DNA from: Octopus bimaculoides
Lineage: Eukaryota
Length of the DNA: 64,000 nt
NCBI RefSeq assembly: GCF_001194135.2
Contig: NC_069002.1
Span: 4,686,311 to 4,750,310 of the forward strand
Direction of reading: 5' to 3'
The notes under the pieces were generated by a model. The model had not been told where the DNA came from. It did not search any database and saw nothing but the letters and a program-made list of their open reading frames with translations. The position numbers and the translations under genes are program-made. Positions 12,102-24,504 of this stretch are shown in pieces. Each line of letters begins with the position of its first letter. Positions within the stretch are counted from its first letter, which is position 1.

Positions 12102-13949
12102 CTACTAACACCGCCACACACACACACATGCAGACATATACATACTTATCGATACTCATCTCTCCCTTCCATTCACTTATGCGCGCACCTACACACGCGC
12201 ACACAAACATCCCATTCACCTCTTCACACGCACCTATCGATACATAGCACAACAAATTATACACACACATATAAACATGCGTGTATGTGTGTAACGTACA
12301 CCATAACACTCCTCCCTCTCTTCCCAAATACAGATGTACAGACACTGTATCATTTCTCTGATAATCACGTGTTGATTATGTAATGAAACATACGAAAGAA
12401 GCCACACGCATACGTGCTCGCGCGCGCGCACACATGCAGAGAGACACAACACACAATACGCATACACATACACAGACAGACCTAAATCCATTCAATCGCA
12501 GGACAACAGAAATCAGACCTTCATTCAATGAAAAGGAAACAACAAGCAACTGACAGACTTGACATGTCTATCTTTATTACGCTAACACACACACACACGT
12601 ACGGACGGACACACGTTCGTTGTTATAAAAATCTTATACACACACACGTACGTTTTCCCTCTTTTTTCCCTCCTCTTCTCCATCTCCGGCACAATGGATG
12701 TTGGGTCAGTTCACAGAATAAGAGAGGTAGGCGTTTTAAGCGAAGCGGTTTCAAATAGTGCTTCTGCTATCAACTCCGAAATCTTAATCCCGTTTCATAA
12801 AAAAACAAAAACAAAAAAGTTAATAAAAATAAACATATTTCTCGATATCAGTTGCAAAATATAAAACTTCGCTATTTATGTTGACAGGAAGAATGGAACT
12901 CAAAAATGAGTCTATTCTTTTATACGTTTCAGCCCAAAGGCTGTGGCCATGCTGGGGCACCGCCATATGTATATTTTTATTAATATTTAGCAGAAGTACG
13001 TGCGTTGATAAGTGTCAACGCACGAAACTGTCGGACCTTGAGTCACTGTTACTTCTGCTAGATATTAACTCTGTGTGTGTGTGCATATGTGTGTGTGTGG
13101 TGCCAAGAACAATACAGTGAGAAAGTAATTTTATTACTTTACTTAACAATTGTTTTATCTTAATTCAATACAATCAATCTTACCGCATTATGCAATAATA
13201 AGCGAGACTATTGATTAATTTTCGATGTCATTTAGGTTAACTCTGATAACGTATCTTTAATACGATTTTTCACAGAAAATTAAAAGGGAAAAGAAAAAGT
13301 GTACCGACTTTGATTTGTTCCACTAAATCCTTTAAGGCGGGGTCCCAGCACGGCGGCGGTCTAATTAATGGACTGAAACAAGTAAAAAAATAAAAGACAT
13401 ATTATCTCTCGACATATCATCAATAATTCTATTATTAAATACCAATGGATATAAGAGTATACAGACAATTAATGAATGTGTGTTTAAAATGGCGACCGCT
13501 TTGCAAAATGCTTTGCGGTGTTTCAACACACAAATTTGAAATCGAGACACTCGCCAAACAAGCAACAGCTAAGGAATCACAGCACGACCACCACCAATCA
13601 CTACCAACAACAACAACAACAATAATAACCATTATTATCATCATTGAGGTTTTCGTTAAAACTATGAAAAAAAAAAATGTTGTTGGTATATATTTTGAGA
13701 AAGTTTTTTTAAACAGTTTATCATCTTCGCTTTTACACATACAATCTGTTCTACCGTTAATCTTCTTCGGCTCAGCCTGTTCTTTTTTTTTTTTTTTTTT
13801 TNNNNNNNNNNTTTTTTTTTTTTTTTCTTTCTTTGGCTTTTTTCTCCTCCTCCTACTCTTGCATCACCACCAGCTCCTCCTCCTCCTCTGCTGCCGTCTC
13901 TTCCACATTTTCTTTATCTTTATCTTTTTAACATAGCGGCCTCTTATCT

Positions 13950-14230
13950 TTTGGTGCATATTTCAACCAACACGCCCAATTACTTGTGGCTGCTTCTACC
14001 ACTACCACTACTACTCACAATAACCATCATTACTACTACAAATACTAACACTAAAACTATTACAACGACTACTACAACTACCACCATAACCACGACTACT
14101 ATTGCTATTACTACTACCACCACCTCCACCATTACTACTACTACTGCCGCTGCTGCTGCTAACTAATACAACGGACTCTTTAAGATCACTACAAGTATCT
14201 TAACTACCATTATTCAACTACCGGCACCAA
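13950..14230. repeat. Degenerate (ACT/ACC)n trinucleotide tract
   Basis: Gives the spurious Thr-rich ORF 13951-14166. Confidence 0.85.
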
Positions 14231-14244
14231 AGGTCTATTCATAT

Positions 14245-14415
14245 GTAGAGGCGCAAGCCTGGTTGTGTGGTTAAGAAGCTAGCTTTGCAACCTTGTAGTT
14301 TCAGGTTCATTCCCACAGTGGCGCACCTCGGGCATGTGCCTCCTATTATATCCTCTAGGCCAACTAATTACTTTATGAGTGGATTTGGTAGACAGAAACT
14401 GTATGGAAGCGATAT
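14245..14415 (+). mobile_element. SINE family A, 5' half
   Basis: ggttgtgtggttaagaagct...ggttcattcccacagtggcgcacctcgggcatgtg...ggatttggtagacagaaact. Confidence 0.75.
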
Positions 14416-14633
14416 ATAAATATATACAGTACGCCTGCAAAAACAAGTTGAGATGGAGTTTCTTTGACAATTTGGGTCTATCGTATGAAGAATGATATGT
14501 TAAACAACATGTCCTTCTTCTTACAACCCTGAGTGCATTTCATAGAGTTATTCCTTCTAGGCCTTTTATGAAGGTAACAGCTTAAAGCGTCTTCTTTCTT
14601 AACACCACCAAACTGATTCTTTGTGTATGTGTG

Positions 14634-15010
14634 TGTCACGTACTTTTGGTCAAAAATCTTATATATCGCCCTAATTTAGCATCACTACATGTTCATTGTG
14701 AAGGTGAGAGGCCTTGTAGTAGTTCAGATGTTGCACTCACGATCGTAAGAACGTTGTTTCGATGCCGGGACAGGGTGGCGAGTGGTCTTCGTGAGCAAAA
14801 ATGCTTCATTTTACGTGGTTTAAGTTCACTCACTTGTAAATTAGTAACCGTGCAACGGCAACGAACTGGTACCCGTTCAGGTGAGCGATGTCGTGATCCA
14901 TGGAAACCATGGAAACGGGTAACCAGTCCTATGAACCCTAAGGACACGAGAAAGATATACTTACGGGTTCTTTGGGTGTTTGGAGGTTGTCTATTAGGCT
15001 TAATATGACA
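14634..15010. mobile_element. Possible solo LTR
   Basis: 377-bp unique, GC-richer block bounded by TGTCA...TGACA; no target-site duplication visible. Confidence 0.3.
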
Positions 15011-15094
15011 CCTTCGTTAACACCACTACCGCCCGTCTTTTTTGTGTTTTCACAGTGTTCTATCCATTATGTTGCAAAAACACAGTTTACAAAT

Positions 15095-15475
15095 ATTGAT
15101 TTCAAAATTTGGTACAAGGCTAGCAGTTTGTGGGAAGGGGTAAGTCAATTACGTCGACCCCAGTAATCAACTGGTAGTTATTTTATCGACGCCGGCAGAA
15201 TTTGAACTCAGAACGTAAAGACGGACGAAATGCCGCTAAGAATTTTCCTCGGCGTGCTAGCAATTGTGCCAGCTCACCTTATAATGATTTCAAATTTTGG
15301 CACAAGGCCAGCAATTTGGGGTGGGGGGTAGAACGATTAAATCGACTCTAGTAATTCAATAGGTATTTATTTTATCGACCCCTAGAGGATAAAAAGGTAA
15401 AGTCGACCTCGGTGGAATTTGAACTCAGAACGTAAGGCGTGCAAAAGATTCTGCCAGCAAGCCGCCCTATTAACA
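15095..15475 (-). mobile_element. Two overlapping SINE family B copies
   Basis: gaatttgaactcagaacgtaa occurs twice, with aaaattttggcacaaggcc tails. Confidence 0.8.
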
Positions 15476-15956
15476 ATAATTCGTTCCAATCACCAAACGG
15501 CAGCACTAATTCTTAGTATGCATTCAAATAACGTATTTTATGAGACATGAAGAATTAAAATAAGAAATGGTAGTCGGCTCCTATCTTATTTCGCAATAAT
15601 TCTTTACTGTAAAAGAATATCGTTGCTTTTCAGTACAAAATGTCCTAGATTCTAAAGAGGTAAAAAAGATGTGACACGTGAAGCCCCGCGCCCGACACAC
15701 ACACACACACACACACACAAGTTAAAAAGATGTGACACCCTAACCACCCCGACACACACACACACTCATACATACACAGACGTAATATATGGGAAGTATG
15801 TGTGTGTGTGTGTGTTGTTTCCCATCTTTTGGTATATGTATGGTTCCTGGGAAAAATGGTAAAAGTTGTATTTGGAATAATTGTTAGTGTCTGTTAATCA
15901 TCCCACCTCGTGTTTGTGTGCACCACATGTTATGTACGTGTGTGTGTATATATATA

Positions 15957-15995
<39 letters not shown>

Positions 15996-16082
15996 GTACA
16001 TATATATATGTATATATATATGTATGTATATATATGTGTATAAATATACACACATATAGATACACACGCACAAACATACATT

Positions 16083-16165
<83 letters not shown>

Positions 16166-16713
16166 ACTCACACACACACACACACACACACCACACACAC
16201 ACATGAACAAACACTATGGCTCGAAAATATATATATTCTGATATATATTCCAGGTTTGACAAGGTCGTGGAAAACTACGGCTCATGTTTCTTGGTTAGGA
16301 AAGAACGGAATTCAAAGAATACAAGTGTGTACGCCTCCCTACGTTATCTCCGTATGTGTATGTTTGTGCACATAAAGTGTTAAGTTTATCTTCTTTATAT
16401 ATATATACATGTGTGTGTGTGTAATATATTTCCACGTAACGGGTCCTTGCTGTCGTAGAGAATGTTTATCTTTCAACTGGCACCGAGCGTTGTGACTGTC
16501 ATGTGGCTTTTAGGCTACAGAGCATGACGATAATTTTCAAGAGCTTCTAAGCGTTACGAGACACACAGTGAGTGAGAGAGAGAGAGAGAGAGAAAGTGGG
16601 GAAAATACACACACAAGCAAGCAATAGAGAGAGGAGGAGAGAGTGAGAGTGAAAGACCAAAAGAACCGTTTTCGTGTCGTACTTTTAAAGACTTCCAGTT
16701 CGCAAAATATTTT

Positions 16714-16761
<48 letters not shown>

Positions 16762-16787
16762 TGAAAAAGACAGAAATAAAGAGAAAA

Positions 16788-16827
<40 letters not shown>

Positions 16828-17194
16828 ACGAATACAAGCAGACATACATAAGGGAATAAAAACAACTTTTTTTTTATTAATTTGTTTTTGTCTAAGAATG
16901 TATGGTGTATATATATATATATATACACCATACACACACACACATATATATGTAAGGGACGACCGTAGGTAGTTTCACTACATATATATATACCATACAT
17001 ATATATATATATACACACACACGTATGTATGGCATGTGTGTGTGTGTCTTACGGATTTAACGATTAACCGAAGGGTGTTCGCTTTTAGCGAAATCATAAC
17101 CCCTCTGTAGAATTTAATTTGTATTAAGTTCATTTGGATATCTAGTTTCCTTGATCTTTAATTCAAGAACTTCGCCCCCCACCCGCCGTCTCTC

Positions 17195-17345
17195 TCTTGG
17201 TGTGTTCGCCTCCCCATAACTTAGCGGTTCAGCAAAAAAGCAGAACGATAAGTACTGGGTTTGATTCGTTCGACTAAAAGTTCTAAAGTTCTTCAAAGCG
17301 GTGCTCCAACATGACCGCAATCGAATGACAGAAGCAGATAAAAAC
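17195..17345 (+). mobile_element. SINE family A, 3' half
   Basis: ttagcggttcagcaaaaa...aaagcggtgctccaacatgaccgc. Confidence 0.7.
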
Positions 17346-18052
17346 TCTCGTCACTTGAGTCACTTTCCTAATATTTCAGCCGTCAGATGAAAGATTGGAG
17401 GAGGAGTGAGATTGATTTCAAATATTTGGGGCTTCGTTAAATAAACACACGTCATTATACATTTAGCACCAGGTCAGTGTTGACTGAACAGAGAGGTGCT
17501 ATATGACCAGAAGGCTTTTCATCCACAACCACACACCACTCATCTCTTGGGCCACGGTTTATCTAGGACTACATTATCTAATGTCAATATGGCCTCTTTT
17601 TCATGAGATTGATTTTAAGGAGATTTGGCTTCTATTTCTAGCACGCTTGATGCGGATCACTTAGATAATGCTCCACTTTTGGTCGTGTGTTGGAGTTAAA
17701 CATTTATTAAAATACAGAAGTAGGAGGAAAATCACAGAAAAGAATCTAAAAAAGAGTCAACGACTATTGAAGAGGTTGCAAGATGCAACGAAAATTTTAG
17801 AAAAAAATTAATAATTGAGTGGAAATCGAACCGGTGCGTGTGTTAAGTAATAAGACACTAAGAGAATGACTCTCTCCACACAATAAAATATGCTTCAACA
17901 CACGAATTCACATAAAGAATCTTGCAAATCAAATACAAAAACGAAATTTAAAAAAAAAAAGAATTAAAACTAAAACCAGATGTATATACTATAGGGAACG
18001 AAATATTTGAGACAGAAATCGTGTGAAAAAAATATACATAGGTTAGATATAC

Positions 18053-18125
18053 TGGAGAACTCGGGTATCGATTCCGGTACCTCTCGCATGCAAAGCGAGC
18101 GCTCTACAAACTGAGCTACCAAACT
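18053..18125 (-). pseudogene. tRNA-Ala(TGC) pseudogene
   Basis: Minus strand AGTTTGG-TAGCTCAGTTTGTAGAGCG-CTCGC TTTGCAT GCGAG-AGGTACCGGAATCGATACCCGA-GTTCTCCA. Perfect anticodon stem and Ala-type body, but the 5' acceptor strand does not pair with 3' GTTCTCC and the T stem has 2 mismatches. Confidence 0.8.
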
Positions 18126-18415
18126 CTACTATAAAAATTTATTTTCAATAATTAAAAAAAAATAGCAACAGGTCTTCTGTTTGCAAACGGTGCATATTCT
18201 ATTAGGGAGTCTGTTACTGCTCTTTTCTTGCTTATAGAGAAGCTCCCTTTGCGTCCACGGTTCTTGGTTTGCTATGAACGTGTGTGTATATATACATATA
18301 TATTCTTTGTGAATTAAAGCTATCATTGGTTTCATTGTTAAGACACTAGGATGTTTTCCTACTTTTCTTAACATGAAACCAATGATAGCCTTCATTCACA
18401 AATAAAGAAATTATA

Positions 18416-18463
18416 TCCACCAATGCGGTGTTGAGCACTCATTTTCATCGTTCGACATTTACG

Positions 18464-18494
<31 letters not shown>

Positions 18495-18539
18495 TCATAT
18501 CGAACAGTGAGAATGAATGCTCAACACCGCATTGGTGGA
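18416..18539. mobile_element. TA-flanked foldback MITE with a (TA)n centre
   Basis: TA|TCCACCAATGCGGTGTTGAGCA...TGCTCAACACCGCATTGGTGGA|TA with ~40-bp arms. Confidence 0.75.
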
Positions 18540-18953
18540 TAAACCAGGCCTGTATACATACATGCATATATGCATATGTCCCTCCCTCACTGCTTCACAA
18601 AATAAAGATGTATACAGATATATTATACATACATACATACATACATATAATGAAAATATATATATATATTACTTTCGACACACACACNNNNNNNNNNNNN
18701 NNNNNNNNNNNNNNNNNNNNNNNNNNNNNNNNNNNNNNNNNNNNNNNNNNNNNNNNNNNNNNNNNTATATATATATATATATGCAGGCACTTGTTTCCTC
18801 ATAACTTCCAGAAAAATGGATATTTCTTTAATGAAATTTTCCACATATACGCTTCAGATGGTGTACATTCCGATTTATATCGGAATTTGTTATGAAAATG
18901 TTTTTCCGAAGGATAGGAAGAGGGAATTCTGGAAAATTCCCAGGAGACATCTT

Positions 18954-19342
18954 GTTTCCTCGTAACTTGAATAAAATTGAGTAATTTTCAATGAAATTTT
19001 CTAGGAATACATTTTATGTGGTGTAGATATTACAATTATATCGGAATTTAATTTAAAGAAGGAAAAAAAATAGTGGGCGCGTACACATACCGACACACAT
19101 CATGTATTTCTACAAAATTACACTTTTTTTGAAAAAAAACAATTTATGTGTATCAGTATGTACGTATGTATGTGTGCGTAGCCCACCATTTTTGTTTCTT
19201 TCTCTCTCGCATTAAATTCTTACATAATTATAATCTACACTGCCTTGAAAGGCATTGGAGAAAAAATTTTCATTGAAAAATATTAATTTTTCTAAAGGGA
19301 TTCATGAAATAAAACCGGAGGAGCATTTGTTACGAGAGAAAC
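18954..19342. mobile_element. Degenerate long foldback element
   Basis: Left gtttcctcgtaac...aatgaaattttc...tagtgggc..gtacacataccgacacac mirrors right gtgtatcagtatgtac...gcccaccatttt...aaaattttcattg...gttacgagagaaac. Confidence 0.5.
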
Positions 19343-19404
19343 CAGTGTTCTAAAAGCCCAACATGTTGTCAGTCGATAGTGGCTAGCAAGGTTCTCGATG
19401 ATGG

Positions 19405-20049
19405 CGGTGTGACCAAGACCGACCTACGGTTGCTAGAAATAGCAGTCAAATCTACTAGAAATAAGGGCAAAATTTCCATCAAATCACGCTGCTGTCTCGA
19501 TAAAATATATATATATATATATATATATATGCAAAAAATAAAAAGACATGGCTTAATGTAACCCTGGATTCACTACTGTTAATGGGGGAAAAGACAAAAT
19601 AGAAAGTTTTTAATCGTCTGCTTGACAAGGACCGACCTACGGTTGCTAGAAATAGCAGTCGAATCTACTAGAAATAAGGGCAAAATTTCCATCAAATCAC
19701 GCTGCTGTCTCGATATATATATATATATATGAGTACCTTAATTTTTTTTCTATAATATAATTCCTGTACATCACCTCCAAACCTTCCAATATATATATAT
19801 ATATATATNNNNNNNNNNNNNNNNNNNNNNNNNNNNNNNNNNNNNNNNNNNNNNNNNNNNNNNNNNNNNNNNNNNNNNNNNNNNNNNNNNNNNNNNNNNN
19901 NNNNNNNNNNNNNNNNNNNNNNNNNNNNNNNNNNNNNNNNNNNNNNNNNNNNNNNNNNNNNNNNNNNNNNNNNNNNNNNNNNNNNNNNNNNNNNNNNNNN
20001 NNNNNNNNTAATTGAGTTTTTACCTGTAAATTGGGATTTTTATCCCTAA

Positions 20050-20088
<39 letters not shown>

Positions 20089-20240
20089 TATATGCAAAAA
20101 ATAAAAAGACATGGCTGGGGAAAGACAAGATGGAAAGTTTTCAATCGTCTGCTTGACCAGGACCGACCTACGGTTGCTAGAAATAGCAGTCAAATGTGTT
20201 AGAAATAAGGGCAAAATTCCCATCAAATCACTCTGCTGTC

Positions 20241-20290
<50 letters not shown>

Positions 20291-20398
20291 AAAAATAATA
20301 AGGCATGGTTTACTGTAACCCTGGATTCACTGTTAATGGAGGAGAGACAAGATAGAAAGTTCTTTATCGTCTGCTTGAGCAGGACCAACCTACGGTTA
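19405..20398. repeat. Tandem ~200-220-bp repeat (at least 3.5 units) with variable (TA)n linker
   Basis: gaccgacctacggttgctagaaatagcagtc...aagggcaaaatt.ccatcaaatcac.ctgctgtctcga recurs at ~19410, 19630 and 20160, with a partial copy at 20380. Confidence 0.9.
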
Positions 20399-20789
20399 AA
20401 CACTAACAATAAAATACTTTTCTCAGGGTTATAAATGTCTTTTCCAGCTCATTATTTGTTTAGCCAGTCTGTCCTGAGAGAATAGAACTTTAATAAACGA
20501 TGTTCCAACCACAGCTCTGTCCCTTGTCTTATTTTCAAATATATATTTAAAGACACCAAGCAATTTCTCTCGCCATCTTTTCTCTAAGAGGGTCGTGTGT
20601 CATTTGAGGTATATCTAACTACTATTTCTAGTCGTAATTGTCCAACAATTTTTTAAGCTTATTTTTTCTCTGGAAAGTTTTCGGAACAACTATGACTAAC
20701 CATACATTTTCATATCCCCATGAAACGACATAATTTCCGAACTTTAGACATACGTAATTGAAGAAGTGTTATACAAATGTCGGTTGCTA

Positions 20790-21130
20790 CCAAGGCGAAT
20801 GGCTGGCAGATTCAGTAGAGAACTGGATAAAAATGCCCAGTAAATATATTGTGTAGTTCTGTATTCTTAGTTCAAACCCCCACCGAGGTCGAGTTTATCT
20901 TTCTTTTTTTGCTCCCTGCTATTTGAACGCAGAACGTAAACAGTCGTAACAAATGTCAAAACGATTCTGTCACACCATCTTGCTTTCTTTCTTTTACTGA
21001 GATTAAATATCGTATTTTCAGGCTCCGCAAGGCCACAAATTTGGCCGCAGTCAATTTTTACTTTTTATATATTTCTAAACCAACTCCTTCTCCCAAACCA
21101 AAATATTCTGGCCTTGTGCCTGTATTAGAA
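20790..21130 (+). mobile_element. Decayed SINE family B pieces
   Basis: ggcgaatggctggcagattc...gttcaaaccccaccgaggtcgag; ggccttgtgcctgtattagaaa. Confidence 0.55.
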
Positions 21131-21779
21131 ATCGGTATTTAGTCTTAATCTATGGCGATTTACGTGATGAGTCCAGTCTCCATTGAAGTCAACGTTTCCC
21201 TCTCGTCGTAACATAACAAAAATCAAAAAATCGTAGATTAAGAAATCAATTGTTTTCACATGAAACAGCTTGTTAGAGAATTAAAAATCTGATAACAAAA
21301 TTACATACTTGTAATGCTGTGCTTTGAGGCAGAAACATGTGCCCACAACTGTCTCTCTTTTCTTTCAAGAACATCTTAGTGTTGGGATATGAGATTTTCA
21401 TTTGAATTTCGGCCGAATTCAGATTTCGTCTGTTCAAAAAAGCATTTTTTCAAGTTAATCATTAATGCCCGCGTTTGTTTTCAAGCAATTTAGTTAGCAT
21501 TTGTTTCATACATTCTGAACGATTCAAAGTTTTCCTTTCATAAGCCTCAAAAGCTACTCTAATGATCGAAGAAAAAATGAGGAATGCGTATGACGTACAA
21601 GTGATGCTGTGACACTAAAAAAAATGTCGTCTGCTTCAGGTGCGATACGCAGAAAAAGCAGGGATCAGTAAAATAAAAACCTGTCAAGCACGGAAAAATC
21701 AATAAAATCAATAAATACTGCGGGGAAATCAATAAATTTTGATGTTGACTACTTAAAATGTGTGCGCGTGTAAATAAAG

Positions 21780-22000
21780 ATTCTTTTATTCTTTTACTTG
21801 TTTCAGTCATTTGACTGCGGCCATGCTGGAGCACCGCCTTTAGTCGAATCAAATCGACCCCAGGACTTATTCTTTGTAAGCCTAGTACTTATTGTATCGG
21901 TCTCTTTTTGCCGAACCGCTAAGTTACGAGGACCTAAACACACCAGCATCGGTTATCAAGCGATGTGGGGGGGGGACACAGATACACAACATATACACAC

Positions 22001-22035
<35 letters not shown>
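21780..22035 (-). mobile_element. SINE family A, 3' half (runs into a gap)
   Basis: ttttacttgtttcagtcatttgactgcggccatgctggagcaccgcc...ccagcatcggttatcaagcgatg. Confidence 0.85.
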
Positions 22036-22038
<3 letters not shown>

Positions 22039-22509
22039 NNNNNNNNNNNNNNNNNNNNNNNNNNNNNNNNNNNNNNNNNNNNNNNNNNNNNNNNNNNNNN
22101 NNNNNNNNNNNNNNNNNNNNNNNNNNNNNNNNNNNNNNNNNNNNNNNNNNNNNNNNNNNNNNNNNNNNNNNNNNNNNNNNNNNNNNNNNNNNNNNNNNNN
22201 NNNNNNNNNNNNNNNNNNNNNNNNNNNNNNNNNNNNNNNNNNNNNNNNNNNNNNNNNNNNNNNNNNNNNNNNNNNNNNNNNNNNNNNNNNNNNNNNNNNN
22301 NNNNNNNNNNNNNNNNNNNNNNNNNNNNNNNNNNNNNNNNNNNNNNNNNNNNNNNNNNNNNNNNNNNNNNNNNNNNNNNNNNNNNNNNNNNNNNNNNNNN
22401 NNNNNNNNNNNNNNNNNNNNNNNNNNNNNNNNNNNNNNNNNNNNNNNNNNNNNNNNNNNNNNNNNNNNNNNNNNNNNNNNNNNNNNNNNNNNNNNNNNNN
22501 NNNNNNNNN

Positions 22510-22659
22510 CCCCGTCCACCTTGTTCCCCTGGAACTTCCCACCCCGTTCACCTTGTTCCTCTAGAACTACCCACCCCGTTCGCCTTGTTTCCCCTGGAAC
22601 TTCCCACCCCGTCCACCTTGTTCCCCTGGAACTACCTACCCCGTTCACCTTGTTCCCCT
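22510..22659. repeat. 32-bp minisatellite, at least 4.6 copies, running into a gap
   Basis: Unit ccgtccaccttgttcccctggaacttcccacc with minor variants. Confidence 0.9.
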
Positions 22660-23029
22660 TTCGGTTCAATCTAATTAATTTCAATTGAGTCTGACCTTTG
22701 TGGTACGGGATCCTTAAACGAATCATTTCATGTAACGTCTCATATTACTCCGTCTCTTTCCTTTTCACGAAGTTTTGCATTACCAGCAGCACGTTAATGT
22801 AGTGCATATACGCTGTATACACGCAACATTAAATACACACATATATATATATATTTATATATGTATATAGTATAACATGCACTTAACTTCCTCGCGTTTT
22901 GTTATTCGAGTTCCCGTTGAGGTAAAAACACTTTACTGCTTTCGTTATGTATTCTAAGCATTTTTTTCTGTAATGAAACGTAACATATGTATTACTCGTG
23001 TGAACTCACACAGCCACATGTCTGGAACC

Positions 23030-23215
23030 GTTTCTTCTCTGTCTTTCCAGTTCCTTTTACCAACCCTTTTGGTTGTCATCGTTCTTAACCATATTTCTCT
23101 CAGGCTACCAAACTTTCTCCTTCCCACAGGTCACCAATTTAAAGAAGGTTTCTGTCTATTAAAAGTTCTTTCTCTTCTGAGAATACTTTGTCTAGCTATT
23201 TCCGTCTCGATAATT
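23030..23215 (-). mobile_element. Decayed RTE-like LINE 3' coding end
   Basis: IARQSI...RQKPSLNW*PVGRRKFGSLREIWLRTM resembles RTE xARQALxWxPxGKRxRGRPKxTWRRTV. Confidence 0.5.
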
Positions 23216-23448
23216 AACTTTTTGGATTTTTTTTTATTTACTTGTTTCAGTCATTGGATTGCGACCATGCCTTAAGGGGTTTAGTCAATACTGCCAGTGC
23301 CCCAGCATGGCCACAGCCTGAGAGCTGAAACACGTAAAAAAATAAAAACATCAAGCCCAGTATGTGATAAATTGAATATTAATTCAATTTAAAACCATGT
23401 GGTCTAGCATATAAAAAAATCTGAAAATTCAGAAAAAAATTGTATTAC

Positions 23449-23599
23449 ACGTGTATAAGGGATGACCACTAAGTGAACATCCAATATGCTAGAAAGAGGT
23501 CATCAGCGACCCAGCCACGAAATCCGAATGGGGTCGGGTCGTTGATGACCTCTTTCTAGCATATTGCGTGTCCACCTAGTGGTCATCCCTTATACACGT
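23449..23599. mobile_element. Palindromic MITE (~150 bp)
   Basis: Arms ACGTGTATAAGGGATGACCACTA...GCTAGAAAGAGGTCATCA(G/A)CGACCC, ~62 bp with few mismatches and a short spacer. Confidence 0.8.
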
Positions 23600-23624
23600 A
23601 TATATATATATATTTTTTTTTCAA

Positions 23625-23880
23625 GCTCTGGTATTCTATCGGTCAGTTTTGCTGAACCACTCTGTTCCTGGGACGTGTAAGCAAACTAACAAGCTGAGGG
23701 GGGGGGGTCACATACACACGCTGAGCTTCTACAGTTTCCGTCTACAAAATTCACCCTCGAGGCATTGGCTGACTTGGGAATTTACAGTAGAATGCACTTA
23801 TCCAAGGGTACCGCACTGCAGGACTGAACCCGAATCCACGTGGTTGCGAAGCGAGCTATTTCACCACTCAGCCAAGTCTG
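23625..23880 (-). mobile_element. SINE family A, internally deleted
   Basis: ggtattctatcgg...cagtttccgtctacaaaattcac...ggactgaacccgaatccacgtggttg. Confidence 0.7.
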
Positions 23881-24229
23881 CGCTTGTTGGACGGAAAAAG
23901 AAAAAGAAAGAAAAAAAGCCTTTCCATTCATCTCATTCAATCACTTCTTTTAAGGGACGGGAAGCATCGCTTAAAGTTCGATTGGCTGAGTAAACGACCT
24001 GCAAAGCTTCTATTTTGAAAATATGGCATCAAGTTAGGCTTGCACCAGATACGAATATCCATGAGTGAAAATGGTATGTACAGTACAGGATCGAATATAA
24101 TTTTTTTGTAATTTGCTAAGATTTTATATGAAATCCATGCTATGTATGTATGTATATAATTCAAATAAGTTATTATCTATGAAAAATAATGGTAAAGTGG
24201 CCAGCAAATATAATTCAAATAAGCAAAAT

Positions 24230-24504
24230 ATATAATAAAAAGTAAGGGCCCAGTATGTACCCGTTTGCTTGAAAGAGAAGTTAAAACCCTCCAAAACCAC
24301 GCATCTCTCACTATATTCAAACACGCACGGAGACTATACAAATATATCTCTCAGAAATAGTCCTCCCATTTGTAAGATACATTTAGTATTATACTAATAA
24401 GGACATAGACATCCTAAATATAGTGAGAGATGCGTGGTTTTGGAGGGTTTTAGCTCCTCTTTCAAGCAAACAGGTACGTATTGTACCCTGACTTTTTATT
24501 ATAT
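24230..24504. mobile_element. Foldback MITE with ~88-bp arms
   Basis: 24230-24317 is the reverse complement of 24417-24504 (...gcttgaaagag.ag.taaaaccctccaaaaccacgcatctctcactatatt). Confidence 0.8.

Noticed and set aside
12999-13024. Perfect 10-bp hairpin CGTGCGTTGA-taagtg-TCAACGCACG as a Helitron 3' end
   Set aside because: The nearest CTAG is over 30 nt downstream, too far for the canonical layout.
13486-13496. YY1-like AAAATGGCG motif as a promoter
   Set aside because: A single short motif with no other promoter evidence.
14631-15008. 125-aa plus-strand ORF and overlapping 84-aa minus-strand ORF
   Set aside because: No motif recognised; open frames are expected by chance in a GC-richer block.
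22510-22659. CRISPR-like array
   Set aside because: Units are contiguous with no unique spacers, and the DNA is eukaryotic.
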